This document shows, piece by piece, positions 50,218 through 59,465 of a stretch of 64,000 nt of DNA. Below the pieces are notes generated by a model. The model was not told where the DNA came from. It saw only the letters and a program-made list of their open reading frames with translations, and made no database searches. The stretch is from Acholeplasmatales bacterium (GTDB taxonomy: Bacteria > Bacillota_I > Bacilli_A > Acholeplasmatales > Anaeroplasmataceae): contig JAFTDB010000033.1 in assembly GCA_017454375.1 (NCBI GenBank), forward strand, positions 170,967 through 234,966, in the 5' to 3' direction. Made by a program: the position numbers and the translations under genes. How positions within the stretch are numbered: position 1 is the stretch's first letter; every line of letters begins with the position of its first letter.

Positions 50218-50441
50218 AACGTAGTCCAAATTGGATAATATGAATTCTTCAAGAGAGCTATAGTATGGTGCGATATAGCAGATAATATTATTCGGATCGC
50301 TGGATTAGTTGCCTTAGTGAACCTAAGTAGCTTTGGTCGTATACCTACGTTACAGGGTAAATGAGTGTCATACATTTTTGTATGGAACTAAGGTGGTACC
50401 GCGATAATTCGTCCTTAGATTGGTTTCTAAGGACTTTTTTT
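50218..50441 (+). ncRNA. T-box riboswitch, Ile specifier
   Basis: Stem I with AGAGAGC and GGTGCGA motifs; specifier ATC at 50296-98; AAGGTGGTACCGCG (50390-50403); terminator GTCCTTAGA...TCTAAGGAC + T7. Confidence 0.92.
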
Positions 50442-51029
50442 ATGTTTAATGATTATAAGAAAATAAAAGAATTAACAATGGCTTCAATGATGCTTGCGTT
50501 AATGATTATTGCATCAAAAATTAGCATACCGATAGGGCCAATTCCTTTGACATTACAAACATTTGCGGTGTTTATAATATCTTTGGTGCTTGGTAAGAAA
50601 GCTTCAATAATATTTATTATTTATCTAATACTTGGACTTATTGGTTTACCAGTATTTACAAGTGGTGGAGGTATAGAATATATATTTATGCCTTCATTTG
50701 GATTTATTATAGGCTTTATACCAGCCTCATTTGTAATAGGCTTTGCAAGTAGAAGTAATAAATTTTATTTAAAATATATACTTTCTATATTAGGCTTATT
50801 TATTATTAATGTCTTTGGTGTGGCATATATGTATATAATTTTTAAATATCATAATGCTAATCCAAAGGATTTAATGACACTAGTTAATATTGGTGTAGCA
50901 CCATTTATCTTTAAAGATATGATTATAGCTATATTATCTTGTATAATTTATTCAAGATTAAAGATAGTTTTATATAAAGAAAAATATGATGAAAATATTA
51001 ATTTTAATGAAAAGAAAATTATAAAATAG
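50442..51029 (+). CDS. bioY: Biotin ECF S-component BioY
   Basis: GPIPLTLQTF, YLILGLIGLPVF.GGG, PSFGFIIGF and PFI.KD motifs; real start at ATG 50442 because the upstream part of the ORF is the T-box. Confidence 0.92.
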   Translation: MFNDYKKIKELTMASMMLALMIIASKISIPIGPIPLTLQTFAVFIISLVLGKKASIIFIIYLILGLIGLPVFTSGGGIEYIFMPSFGFIIGFIPASFVIGFASRSNKFYLKYILSILGLFIINVFGVAYMYIIFKYHNANPKDLMTLVNIGVAPFIFKDMIIAILSCIIYSRLKIVLYKEKYDENINFNEKKIIK

Positions 51030-51038
51030 GAGGATTTT

Positions 51039-53744
51039 ATGAAAGACTATAAAGATACATTATTTATGGGTCAAACATCATTTGAAATGCGTGGTAATTT
51101 AACTAATAAAGAACCAGAAGTATTAAAAAGATGGAAAAATGATGATATTTATGCAAAAAGAATTAAATTAAATGAAGGAAAAAGAGAATATACTCTTCAT
51201 GATGGTCCACCATATGCAAATGGTGATATCCATCTTGGACATGCCTTAAACAAGATTTTAAAGGACTTTGTTGTAAGATATCACAACATGAACGGCTTTA
51301 AATCTCGTTATATCCCTGGTTGGGATACACACGGCCTACCAATTGAAAATGCACTTCAAAAGGCTGGCGTATCTAGAAAGGAAAAGCCAATTGCTGAATT
51401 CAGAAAGCTATGTGAAGAATATGCATATAAGCAAGTAGAAAGACAAAAGCTAGGCTTTGAAAGACTAGGATCTCTTGGTGAATATGATGCACCATACATT
51501 ACTTTACAACATGATTTTGAGGCTGACCAAGTTAGATTATTTGCTAAAATGGCTGAAAAGGGCTTAATTTATAAGGGCTTAAAGCCAGTTTATTGGTCAC
51601 CATCTAGTGAATCAGCATTAGCTGAAGCTGAGATTGAATATCAAGATATTAAATCAAATGCTATTTATTTCCACTTTGATGTTGTAAATGACAATGGTAA
51701 TCCACTTTATAAGGATTTAAAGATCATGGTTTGGACAACTACACCTTGGACATTACCATGTAACCTAGCTATTGCTGCAGGTCCAACTGTTGAATATGCA
51801 ATCTTTAATACAACTTCAGGTAAATATATTTGTGCATCTGATTTACTTGAAACATTAACTAAAAAATTAGGACTTGAGGGAGTAGAAGTACTTGCTCATG
51901 TTAAGGGTAAAGATTTATTAGGCTTAGAATATAAGCATGCATTGTATGATAGAGTATCACCAGTAATCAATGCTGATTACGTTACAACTACTGATGGTAC
52001 AGGCTTCGTACATATCGCTCCAGGCTATGGTGAGGAAGACTACATGGCTGGTAAGGAATATGGCCTAGATATCATGGTAGCAATCGACTCTCACGGCTAT
52101 CAAACAGAAGCAGCTGGTAAATATGCTGGCTTATTCTATGAAGAGAGTGAAAAGGTCATCATGGATGACTTAAAGGAATGTGGCTCATTAATGCTTTATG
52201 ATCCAATCGTTCACAGCTATCCACATGACTGGAGAACTAAAAAGCCAGTAATCTTTAGAGCAACTCCACAATGGTTTGCATCTATCGATCCAATCAAGGA
52301 TGAAATTTTAAATGCTATTAAGGCTGTAAACTGGAATCCAGTATGGGGTGAAGTTAGAATTTCTAACATGATTAAGGATAGACATGACTGGTGTATTTCT
52401 CGTCAAAGAGCTTGGGGTGTACCTATCCCAGTATTCTATAACGAGGATGGTAGTGCTATCCTTGATAAGGAAGTATTAGAGCACATCGCTAATTTATTTG
52501 CTGAATATGGTTCAAATGTATGGTTTGAACGTGAAGCAAAGGATTTACTTCCTGCTGGATATACAAATCCTGCATCTCCAAATGGTAAATTCACTAAAGA
52601 AAAGGATATCATGGATGTATGGTTTGATAGTGGTTCATCATATCAATTACTTAAGAGACGTGGAATTTCATTCCCAGCTGATTTGTATTTAGAAGGCTCT
52701 GACCAATATAGAGGTTGGTTCAACTCATCACTTATCACATCAGTTGCTTGCTTCGGTACAGCTCCTTATAAGAATGTTGTATCACATGGCTTCACACTTG
52801 ATGGTCAAGGTAGAAAGATGAGTAAGTCTTTAGGCAATACAATTGACCCAATCAAGGTATGTAACCAAAATGGTGCTGATATCCTACGTTTATGGGTAGC
52901 ATCAGTTGAATATCGTGCAGATATGCCACTTTCTCAAGATATCTTAAAACAAGTATCTGAATCATATCGTAAGATTAGAAATACATTAAGATTCTTACTT
53001 GCTAACACATCTGATTTCAAGGAAGAATATAAAGTTAAATATGAAGATTTATGCTTAGTTGATAAGTATCAATATATTAAGCTTCAAAGATTTATTAAGT
53101 CTGTTAAAGAAAATTATGAAGGCTTTAACTTCGGTGAAGTATATAGAGAAGTAAATTCTTATATTACTAACCTATCTTCATTCTATCTAGACTTCACAAA
53201 GGATATTCTATATATCGAAGATCCTAAATCTTTAAAGCGTCTATCAGTACAAACTGTATTCTATGACATCGCTAAATCATTAATGCTATTATTATCACCA
53301 ATTCTACCATTTACAATGAGCGAAGCATATTTAGCATTACCTGAACATAAGTTTGAAGATGTATATCTAGAAGATTTACCACAAGTAGTAGAAAATCTAG
53401 ATACTAAGCTAGAAGAAAAATTAGACAAATTCATGAAATATCGTGATATTGTCTTAAAGAAATTAGAAGAAGCTAGAGCTTCTGGTGTAATTGGTAAGAG
53501 CTTCAATGCTAAGCTAGTAGTTACACTTGATAAGGAAGCAAGTGAAATCTTTGCTGAATTAAAAGAAAATGCCGCTCAACTATTAATCGTTTCTCAAATT
53601 GAATTCAAAGATGGTGAGAAGTTCGATGTAGAAGTTTTAAAGGCTGAGGGTGTTGTTTGTTCACGCTGCTGGATGATTGTTCCTTCATTTGATGAAAATG
53701 AGCTTTGTCCACGTTGTGCAGCAATCCTTAAGAATCGTCAATAA
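51039..53744 (+). CDS. ileS: Isoleucine--tRNA ligase (type 1)
   Basis: DGPPYANGDIHLGH, WCISRQRAWGVP, KMSKS and C-terminal CSRCW...CPRC zinc finger. Confidence 0.98.
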   Translation: MKDYKDTLFMGQTSFEMRGNLTNKEPEVLKRWKNDDIYAKRIKLNEGKREYTLHDGPPYANGDIHLGHALNKILKDFVVRYHNMNGFKSRYIPGWDTHGLPIENALQKAGVSRKEKPIAEFRKLCEEYAYKQVERQKLGFERLGSLGEYDAPYITLQHDFEADQVRLFAKMAEKGLIYKGLKPVYWSPSSESALAEAEIEYQDIKSNAIYFHFDVVNDNGNPLYKDLKIMVWTTTPWTLPCNLAIAAGPTVEYAIFNTTSGKYICASDLLETLTKKLGLEGVEVLAHVKGKDLLGLEYKHALYDRVSPVINADYVTTTDGTGFVHIAPGYGEEDYMAGKEYGLDIMVAIDSHGYQTEAAGKYAGLFYEESEKVIMDDLKECGSLMLYDPIVHSYPHDWRTKKPVIFRATPQWFASIDPIKDEILNAIKAVNWNPVWGEVRISNMIKDRHDWCISRQRAWGVPIPVFYNEDGSAILDKEVLEHIANLFAEYGSNVWFEREAKDLLPAGYTNPASPNGKFTKEKDIMDVWFDSGSSYQLLKRRGISFPADLYLEGSDQYRGWFNSSLITSVACFGTAPYKNVVSHGFTLDGQGRKMSKSLGNTIDPIKVCNQNGADILRLWVASVEYRADMPLSQDILKQVSESYRKIRNTLRFLLANTSDFKEEYKVKYEDLCLVDKYQYIKLQRFIKSVKENYEGFNFGEVYREVNSYITNLSSFYLDFTKDILYIEDPKSLKRLSVQTVFYDIAKSLMLLLSPILPFTMSEAYLALPEHKFEDVYLEDLPQVVENLDTKLEEKLDKFMKYRDIVLKKLEEARASGVIGKSFNAKLVVTLDKEASEIFAELKENAAQLLIVSQIEFKDGEKFDVEVLKAEGVVCSRCWMIVPSFDENELCPRCAAILKNRQ

Positions 53745-53799
53745 TTTTTGACACTAAGCCAAAAAAATGGTAAAATAAACCTTAAATGGAGGTGAGTAT

Positions 53800-54663
53800 A
53801 TGAACTTTACATTTTATTTCTTAAAAGAAGGAACTAGATTGTATGAAAAAACTGAATTAATTACATATTTAGTATCAAATCAATACATAACTCCACCAAG
53901 TGAAGATAGTACTAGTTTGAGTAAAGTATATACTTACTATAACCCTATTTTAAAATTCAAAGCTGAATTTGTTATGGCGGATAAAAACATTATTCCTCAC
54001 TTAGAGAAGATATCACCTAAATATTTCGATGTTAACTTCTGTGTTAGATTCAATGTTTTACTTTCAAACTTCGCTGTAGAAATGCTTTTGGATATAATTG
54101 AAGATATAGTTAGAAAATTCAAATTCTATCTATATAACCAAGCCTTCCCAGATGTAGTATCTTATCGTAGAGACCTAGCCATTAAGGCCTTCGACTCTTG
54201 GAAAAAGGCTTATGCAACACAAAATCCTGAATTAGTTGCAAAATATAATTATCTAGATACTTTATCTTATTCACAGGTATGTAACTACCTAATTAAGAAA
54301 AGAAGATTAGAGCTTACAATCGCTAATAAGAATATCAAGGTTAGTGATTATATATTCTTAACAACTGAGAAGTCACGTACTACCTACATCGCTGTAGAGT
54401 GGGATGGTGAATCTCAAATTGTCTTACCACCAGCTGTAGATATCTTATATCTAAATGATGGTAAAATATCTAAATATATAGCTATGAATGAAGTATTTGC
54501 TAAAACAGAGAAATTCTTCATTCCAATTGATGGCTATGGTAATATCTTGTTACTAGAAGAAAAAGCTGTCAAAAAGCTACATAAAATTTTATTAAAGGAG
54601 CGCTTCGCTCCACTTCATGAGGAAATTATTCCATTTGGAATGGAAAAAATTTTAGATGTATAA
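53800..54663 (+). CDS. Hypothetical protein
   Basis: 287-aa ORF with GGAGGTG RBS and a TTGACA...TAAAAT promoter upstream. Confidence 0.75.
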   Translation: MNFTFYFLKEGTRLYEKTELITYLVSNQYITPPSEDSTSLSKVYTYYNPILKFKAEFVMADKNIIPHLEKISPKYFDVNFCVRFNVLLSNFAVEMLLDIIEDIVRKFKFYLYNQAFPDVVSYRRDLAIKAFDSWKKAYATQNPELVAKYNYLDTLSYSQVCNYLIKKRRLELTIANKNIKVSDYIFLTTEKSRTTYIAVEWDGESQIVLPPAVDILYLNDGKISKYIAMNEVFAKTEKFFIPIDGYGNILLLEEKAVKKLHKILLKERFAPLHEEIIPFGMEKILDV

Positions 54664-54679
54664 AAAAGAGGAGGAAAAA

Positions 54680-55330
54680 ATGCAAAAATCAAAGTACATC
54701 GATCACACTTTACTAAAGGCATATGCTACAAGTAAAGAAATTATGAATTTATGCGCAGAGGCAAACAAATATGACTTTGCTTCAGTATGTGTAAATCCAT
54801 GTAATGTTGCTCTAGCTCACAAGCTACTTGCTGGTACTGATGTTAAGGTTTGTACAGTTATCGGCTTCCCTCTAGGCGCAAACACATCAGATGTTAAAGC
54901 TTATGAAACAACATCTGCAATCGCTAATGGCGCTGACGAGTGCGATATGGTAATTAACATTGGTGCATTAAAGGAAGGTAACACTGACCTAGTTTACAAA
55001 GACATTAAGGCTGTAGTAGACGCTGCAAACGGAGTTTTAGTAAAGGTAATCATTGAAACTTGTTATTTAACACCTGAAGAAATCGTAACTGCTTGCGAAT
55101 TATCAAAGAAGGCAGGAGCTGATTTCGTTAAGACATCAACTGGCTTTGGTACTGGCGGTGCAAAAGCAGAGGATGTTGCACTTATGAGAAAAACAGTAGG
55201 CCCTGACATGGGCGTAAAGGCATCTGGCGGAGTTAGAAATAAAGAAGACTTCGAAAAGATGATTGAAGCAGGCGCTAATAGAATCGGTTGCTCAGCAGGA
55301 GTACAAATTATGGAGGGCTACAATGAGTAA
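54680..55330 (+). CDS. deoC: Deoxyribose-phosphate aldolase
   Basis: [23 protein letters not shown] and GVKASGG motifs. Confidence 0.97.
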   Translation: MQKSKYIDHTLLKAYATSKEIMNLCAEANKYDFASVCVNPCNVALAHKLLAGTDVKVCTVIGFPLGANTSDVKAYETTSAIANGADECDMVINIGALKEGNTDLVYKDIKAVVDAANGVLVKVIIETCYLTPEEIVTACELSKKAGADFVKTSTGFGTGGAKAEDVALMRKTVGPDMGVKASGGVRNKEDFEKMIEAGANRIGCSAGVQIMEGYNE

Positions 55331-56045
55331 TATTCCTACACCACATATTGGATGCACAGATCCATCTTTAATCGCTAAAACTGTGCTAATGCCTGGTGAT
55401 CCACTAAGAGCTAAATACATCGCTGATACATTCTTAACTGATGTTGTTGAATTCACACATGTAAGAAATGTTCTAGGCTTCACTGGTAAATACCATGGAA
55501 AGAAGATTTCAGTTATGGCTTCTGGTATGGGTCAACCATCAATTGGTATTTATTCATATGAATTATTCGCATTCTATGGCGTAGAAAACATCGTAAGAAT
55601 CGGTACAGCTGGTTCATATGATCCAAACTTAAAAGTATATGATACAGTACTAATCACAAAAGCATTCAGTGAATCTAATTACGCTAAGGTTGCTTTTGGA
55701 TTTAGAGGCCATTTCATGGCTCCAAATAAAGCTTTAAACAATAAGCTAATTAAGAAAGCAGCAGCAGTAGGCGTTGAATTAAAGCCTGCAATCGTACATT
55801 CATCTGATGTATTCTATGGAACTAATCCAAATCATTGGAAAGAAGTACATGAAAAATATGGTGCTGGCTGTGTAGAAATGGAATCATTCGCATTATTTGC
55901 TAATGCTAAACAACTTGGCAAAAAGGCAGCTTGCTTATTAACTATTTCTGATTCATTCATTACTCATGAAGCTACATCTGCTGAAGAAAGACAAAACAAA
56001 TTCAACAATATGATGAAGGTAGCTTTAGAGTTAGCTTCTAAGTAA
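55323..56045 (+). CDS. deoD: Purine nucleoside phosphorylase, DeoD-type
   Basis: [30 protein letters not shown] and VEMES motifs. Confidence 0.96.
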   Translation: MSNIPTPHIGCTDPSLIAKTVLMPGDPLRAKYIADTFLTDVVEFTHVRNVLGFTGKYHGKKISVMASGMGQPSIGIYSYELFAFYGVENIVRIGTAGSYDPNLKVYDTVLITKAFSESNYAKVAFGFRGHFMAPNKALNNKLIKKAAAVGVELKPAIVHSSDVFYGTNPNHWKEVHEKYGAGCVEMESFALFANAKQLGKKAACLLTISDSFITHEATSAEERQNKFNNMMKVALELASK

Positions 56046-56055
56046 AATAGTAATT

Positions 56056-56088
56056 AAAGTCTTCTAAATCAATTTAGAAGGCTTTTTT
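56056..56088 (+). terminator. Intrinsic terminator
   Basis: AAGTCTTCTAAAT-ca-ATTTAGAAGGCTT followed by a T-tract. Confidence 0.7.
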
Positions 56089-56288
56089 ATTGAAAATTGT
56101 TAAAAATAAGCATAAAATTAAGCATTTTTCCTAAAATGAATCTTTCTTGGTAAAATTTATCTAAATTATGCTAAAAATAGTATATTTTTGTAGAAAAATT
56201 GCCTCTTTAAAATCAAAAGGTCCACTTTTTGAAATTTTTTTATTTTTCATATTAGTGGTATTATTTGATTTTGAAAGGAGGGCATAAG

Positions 56289-56660
56289 ATGTACAATTAT
56301 TTCATGTTGATAGGCTTCGTCAGTAATGAGCTTGAAATAAAGGAGACATCAGATGGAAAAAAATTTTTACCAGTTGATTTAGTTGTCAGACGTGACTTCA
56401 AAAATCAAGATGGTGAATACACCTACGACAAAGTCAGAATATACCTTTGGGAGTGGCTAGCTGATTTGGCTTTTGCAAATGTAAAAAAGGATTCTAAAAT
56501 TGGTATTAAGGGCCGTGTAAGACCAAAATATGAAAAATTAGAAAGTGGCGCTTATGTCAATGTCAACAACCTTTATGGTGAAAAATTAATCTTTTTTGAT
56601 GCACCAGATTTCCTTAATAAAGACACTTCAATGGAATTAACTGATGATTTACAAGTTTAG
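56289..56660 (+). CDS. Short single-stranded DNA-binding protein (SSB paralogue)
   Basis: N...LIG, LVVRRDFKNQDGEY..D, W..LA, KKDSKIGIKGRV OB-fold motifs; AAGGAGG RBS. Confidence 0.82.
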   Translation: MYNYFMLIGFVSNELEIKETSDGKKFLPVDLVVRRDFKNQDGEYTYDKVRIYLWEWLADLAFANVKKDSKIGIKGRVRPKYEKLESGAYVNVNNLYGEKLIFFDAPDFLNKDTSMELTDDLQV

Positions 56661-56749
56661 GAGGTTTTGAACCTCCTTTTTTCTTTATTTTTAATTTTGT
56701 TTGTTATATAATAACAAATAAGTAAAAATATTTATACGGTGGTGAAATT

Positions 56750-57616
56750 ATGAAACAATATTTAGATTTATGTCGTAAGGTATTAGCAGAAGGTAGTAAA
56801 AAGGATGACCGTACTGGTACTGGTACAATTTCATATTTTGGTTACCAAATGCGTTTTGACCTAAGTGAGGGATTCCCTCTACTTACAACTAAAAAAGTAC
56901 ATTTAAAAAGCATTATTCATGAGCTACTATGGTTCATTACAGGTGATACAAACATCAAATATCTTGTAGATAATGGTGTTAGAATTTGGAATGAATGGCC
57001 TTATGAAAAATTCAAAAAATCAGAAGCTTATAAGGGCGAAGATATGGATGCCTTTGTAGAAAAGATTAAAACTGACCCTGCATTCGCTAAGAAATGGGGA
57101 GATCTAGGTCCAGTTTACGGCCGTCAATGGCGTAACTTTGGTGGTGTTGATCAACTTGAAAACCTAATTAAGGAAATCAAGAACAATCCTACAAGCAGAA
57201 GATTAATCATCTCTGCCTGGAACCCACCTCTAATTAAGGATATGGCCTTACCTCCATGTCATGCGTTCATGCAATTTTATGTAAATGATGGTAAATTATC
57301 TTGCCAATTATACCAAAGAAGTGGTGATATCTTCTTAGGTATTCCATTCAATATTGCAAGCTACTCATTATTTACAATGATGATTGCCCAAGTATGTGGT
57401 TTAAAGCCAGGTGTATTCGTACATACAATTGGTGATGCCCACATCTATTTAAACCATATGGAACAAATTAATACACAATTAGAAAGAACTCCTAGAGCTC
57501 TACCTAAGATGGTTATTAATCCAAATGTTAAATCAATCTATGACTTCAAGTATGAAGACTTTAAATTAGAAGGATATGATCCATATCCAGCTATCAAAGG
57601 TAAGGTAGCAGTCTAA
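56750..57616 (+). CDS. thyA: Thymidylate synthase
   Basis: [32 protein letters not shown] motifs. Confidence 0.98.
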   Translation: MKQYLDLCRKVLAEGSKKDDRTGTGTISYFGYQMRFDLSEGFPLLTTKKVHLKSIIHELLWFITGDTNIKYLVDNGVRIWNEWPYEKFKKSEAYKGEDMDAFVEKIKTDPAFAKKWGDLGPVYGRQWRNFGGVDQLENLIKEIKNNPTSRRLIISAWNPPLIKDMALPPCHAFMQFYVNDGKLSCQLYQRSGDIFLGIPFNIASYSLFTMMIAQVCGLKPGVFVHTIGDAHIYLNHMEQINTQLERTPRALPKMVINPNVKSIYDFKYEDFKLEGYDPYPAIKGKVAV

Positions 57617-58095
57617 TGATCAGTATGATTTGGGCAATGGATGAGGATCATCTAATTGGAAAAGATGATAAGATTCCTTGGCATATAAAGGAAGATTTAT
57701 TATATTACAAATCTAAAACTGCTGGTCAGGATGTTTTAATGGGAGATGTAACATACTTTTCATTAAAAGGCTATTATAAGAATAGACCACTTCCATATAA
57801 AACAATCTATCTAGCAACTTTAGATAAGAATTTAAAAATAGAAGATGAAAATGTAGTAATCATCTATGACATCGATGAATTCTTAAAAAATGTCGATTTT
57901 GACCTTTTTGTTGTAGGAGGTAGAACAATTTACCGCCTAGCCTATAAATACGCAGATAGACTATTTATTTCGCTTATAAAAGGTCATCATGAAGGAAATG
58001 TATATTTCCCTATTACTGATTTTTCCGATTTTGGTTTGATTTCAGAAAATGAAACAGAATTAGTTAAATATCAAATATTTGAAAGAGTGAAATAA
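57616..58095 (+). CDS. folA: Dihydrofolate reductase
   Basis: IWAMD...IG....IPW.IKEDL, RPLP, VVGG..IY and G..YFP motifs; coupled to thyA. Confidence 0.93.
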   Translation: MISMIWAMDEDHLIGKDDKIPWHIKEDLLYYKSKTAGQDVLMGDVTYFSLKGYYKNRPLPYKTIYLATLDKNLKIEDENVVIIYDIDEFLKNVDFDLFVVGGRTIYRLAYKYADRLFISLIKGHHEGNVYFPITDFSDFGLISENETELVKYQIFERVK

Positions 58096-58886
58096 TGTTT
58101 ATTGTATTATTCATATTATTACTTACAGGATTATATGCATATTTACTTAATTTAATACCTGTATCTAATTGGTTTTTATTCTTATGGATACCACTTGGAC
58201 TTATCTTAGCCGTTACAACATTCGCAGTAATGTTTTTAATGCTGATTACATTCTGTAATAAGGATAATCCAAAAGGTAAGGTTAGACATTTTATCCTAAA
58301 GAGTGCAACTCACCTTATTCAGTGGTTCCAGCATATCCATGTTGATATAGAAGGACTTGAAAACATTGATCCAAATGAGGCTTACTTAATTGTTGGTAAC
58401 CATAAATCTCAAATGGATCCAGTAATGATGTATAACTCTATGGGTATTAAGCTAACCGCTATTGGTAAATCTACATTATTTACGAATAGATTTATGATTG
58501 ATGTAGCAAAAACCTATGGCGCAATATCTTTAAATAGAGATAACGACCGTGAGGCTGTTAAATCATTAGTAGAAGCTATGAAAAGAATTACTGATAACCA
58601 TTTATCAGTTATCGTTTATCCTGAGGGTGGTATCAAATCTCGTGAATACGAAGAGATGAGAGAATTAAAGGCAGGCGCTTATAAGATTGCCTTAAAAACT
58701 CACTGCCCAGTATTACCTGTAAGTATTATTGGTTCTTCAAAAATTATGGGAACACCTAAATTTAAGAAGAAAAACATTAAAATTATTGTTCATAAGCCAA
58801 TAACTTATGAAGAGTATGCCGAGATGAATACTACTGAGCTTGGCGAAAAATGTATGGAGATAGTAAATAGTAGTATATTAAATTAG
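58095..58886 (+). CDS. plsC: 1-acyl-sn-glycerol-3-phosphate acyltransferase
   Basis: NHKSQMDP (HX4D), YPEGG and KAGA motifs. Confidence 0.88.
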   Translation: MFIVLFILLLTGLYAYLLNLIPVSNWFLFLWIPLGLILAVTTFAVMFLMLITFCNKDNPKGKVRHFILKSATHLIQWFQHIHVDIEGLENIDPNEAYLIVGNHKSQMDPVMMYNSMGIKLTAIGKSTLFTNRFMIDVAKTYGAISLNRDNDREAVKSLVEAMKRITDNHLSVIVYPEGGIKSREYEEMRELKAGAYKIALKTHCPVLPVSIIGSSKIMGTPKFKKKNIKIIVHKPITYEEYAEMNTTELGEKCMEIVNSSILN

Positions 58887-58902
58887 TTAGGAAGATAATA
58901 TT

Positions 58903-59457
58903 ATGTCTGTTTTATTCTATGGCTTAGCCGCAGCAATCTTAGTTATTCTAAACGCTGCAGGGGCAATAATAGGTAGAATTATCTACGTCGTTAAAAAACA
59001 GAATAAAATGTACGCTAATATCACTGAATTGCTAGAAAAGCTAAAAAGTGAAAGTGAAGATAATTCATATGAGCGTATTTTAAAACAAAAGGGTCTGCAA
59101 AGACCCCTTTATGACTATATATTGAAAACTAAAAATTATGCTTATTATATTAAGCTAATTCAAAATAATAACCTTAATGAAATAACTGTCCAAAGCTCAG
59201 TTAAATGGAAAATGAGAAGGGGCACTAAAAGTACTATCTATATCAGCGATATAGAGGAATTTATGCGTCTTAGAATTCCAGATGAGAATAATGTAATATC
59301 TAAAAAGATTGTTTTAGTATATCCAGATTCTAAATCACTTTTAAGATATATTAATGAATGTGAGCTTGAATTCATTACACCAGATACAGATGTTTATGGA
59401 TGTAATGTAGTTACATATAAACAATTAAATGAAAATTTAGATATTATTAAGCTATAG
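58903..59457 (+). CDS. Hypothetical protein with an N-terminal TM helix
   Basis: Lies inside the operon; one hydrophobic segment followed by a soluble alpha/beta domain. Confidence 0.72.
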   Translation: MSVLFYGLAAAILVILNAAGAIIGRIIYVVKKQNKMYANITELLEKLKSESEDNSYERILKQKGLQRPLYDYILKTKNYAYYIKLIQNNNLNEITVQSSVKWKMRRGTKSTIYISDIEEFMRLRIPDENNVISKKIVLVYPDSKSLLRYINECELEFITPDTDVYGCNVVTYKQLNENLDIIKL

Positions 59458-59465
59458 GTGAAATA

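Noticed and set aside
50361-50441. N-terminal extension of the bioY ORF in the ORF track
   Set aside because: It overlaps the T-box antiterminator and terminator; the true start is most likely ATG 50442.
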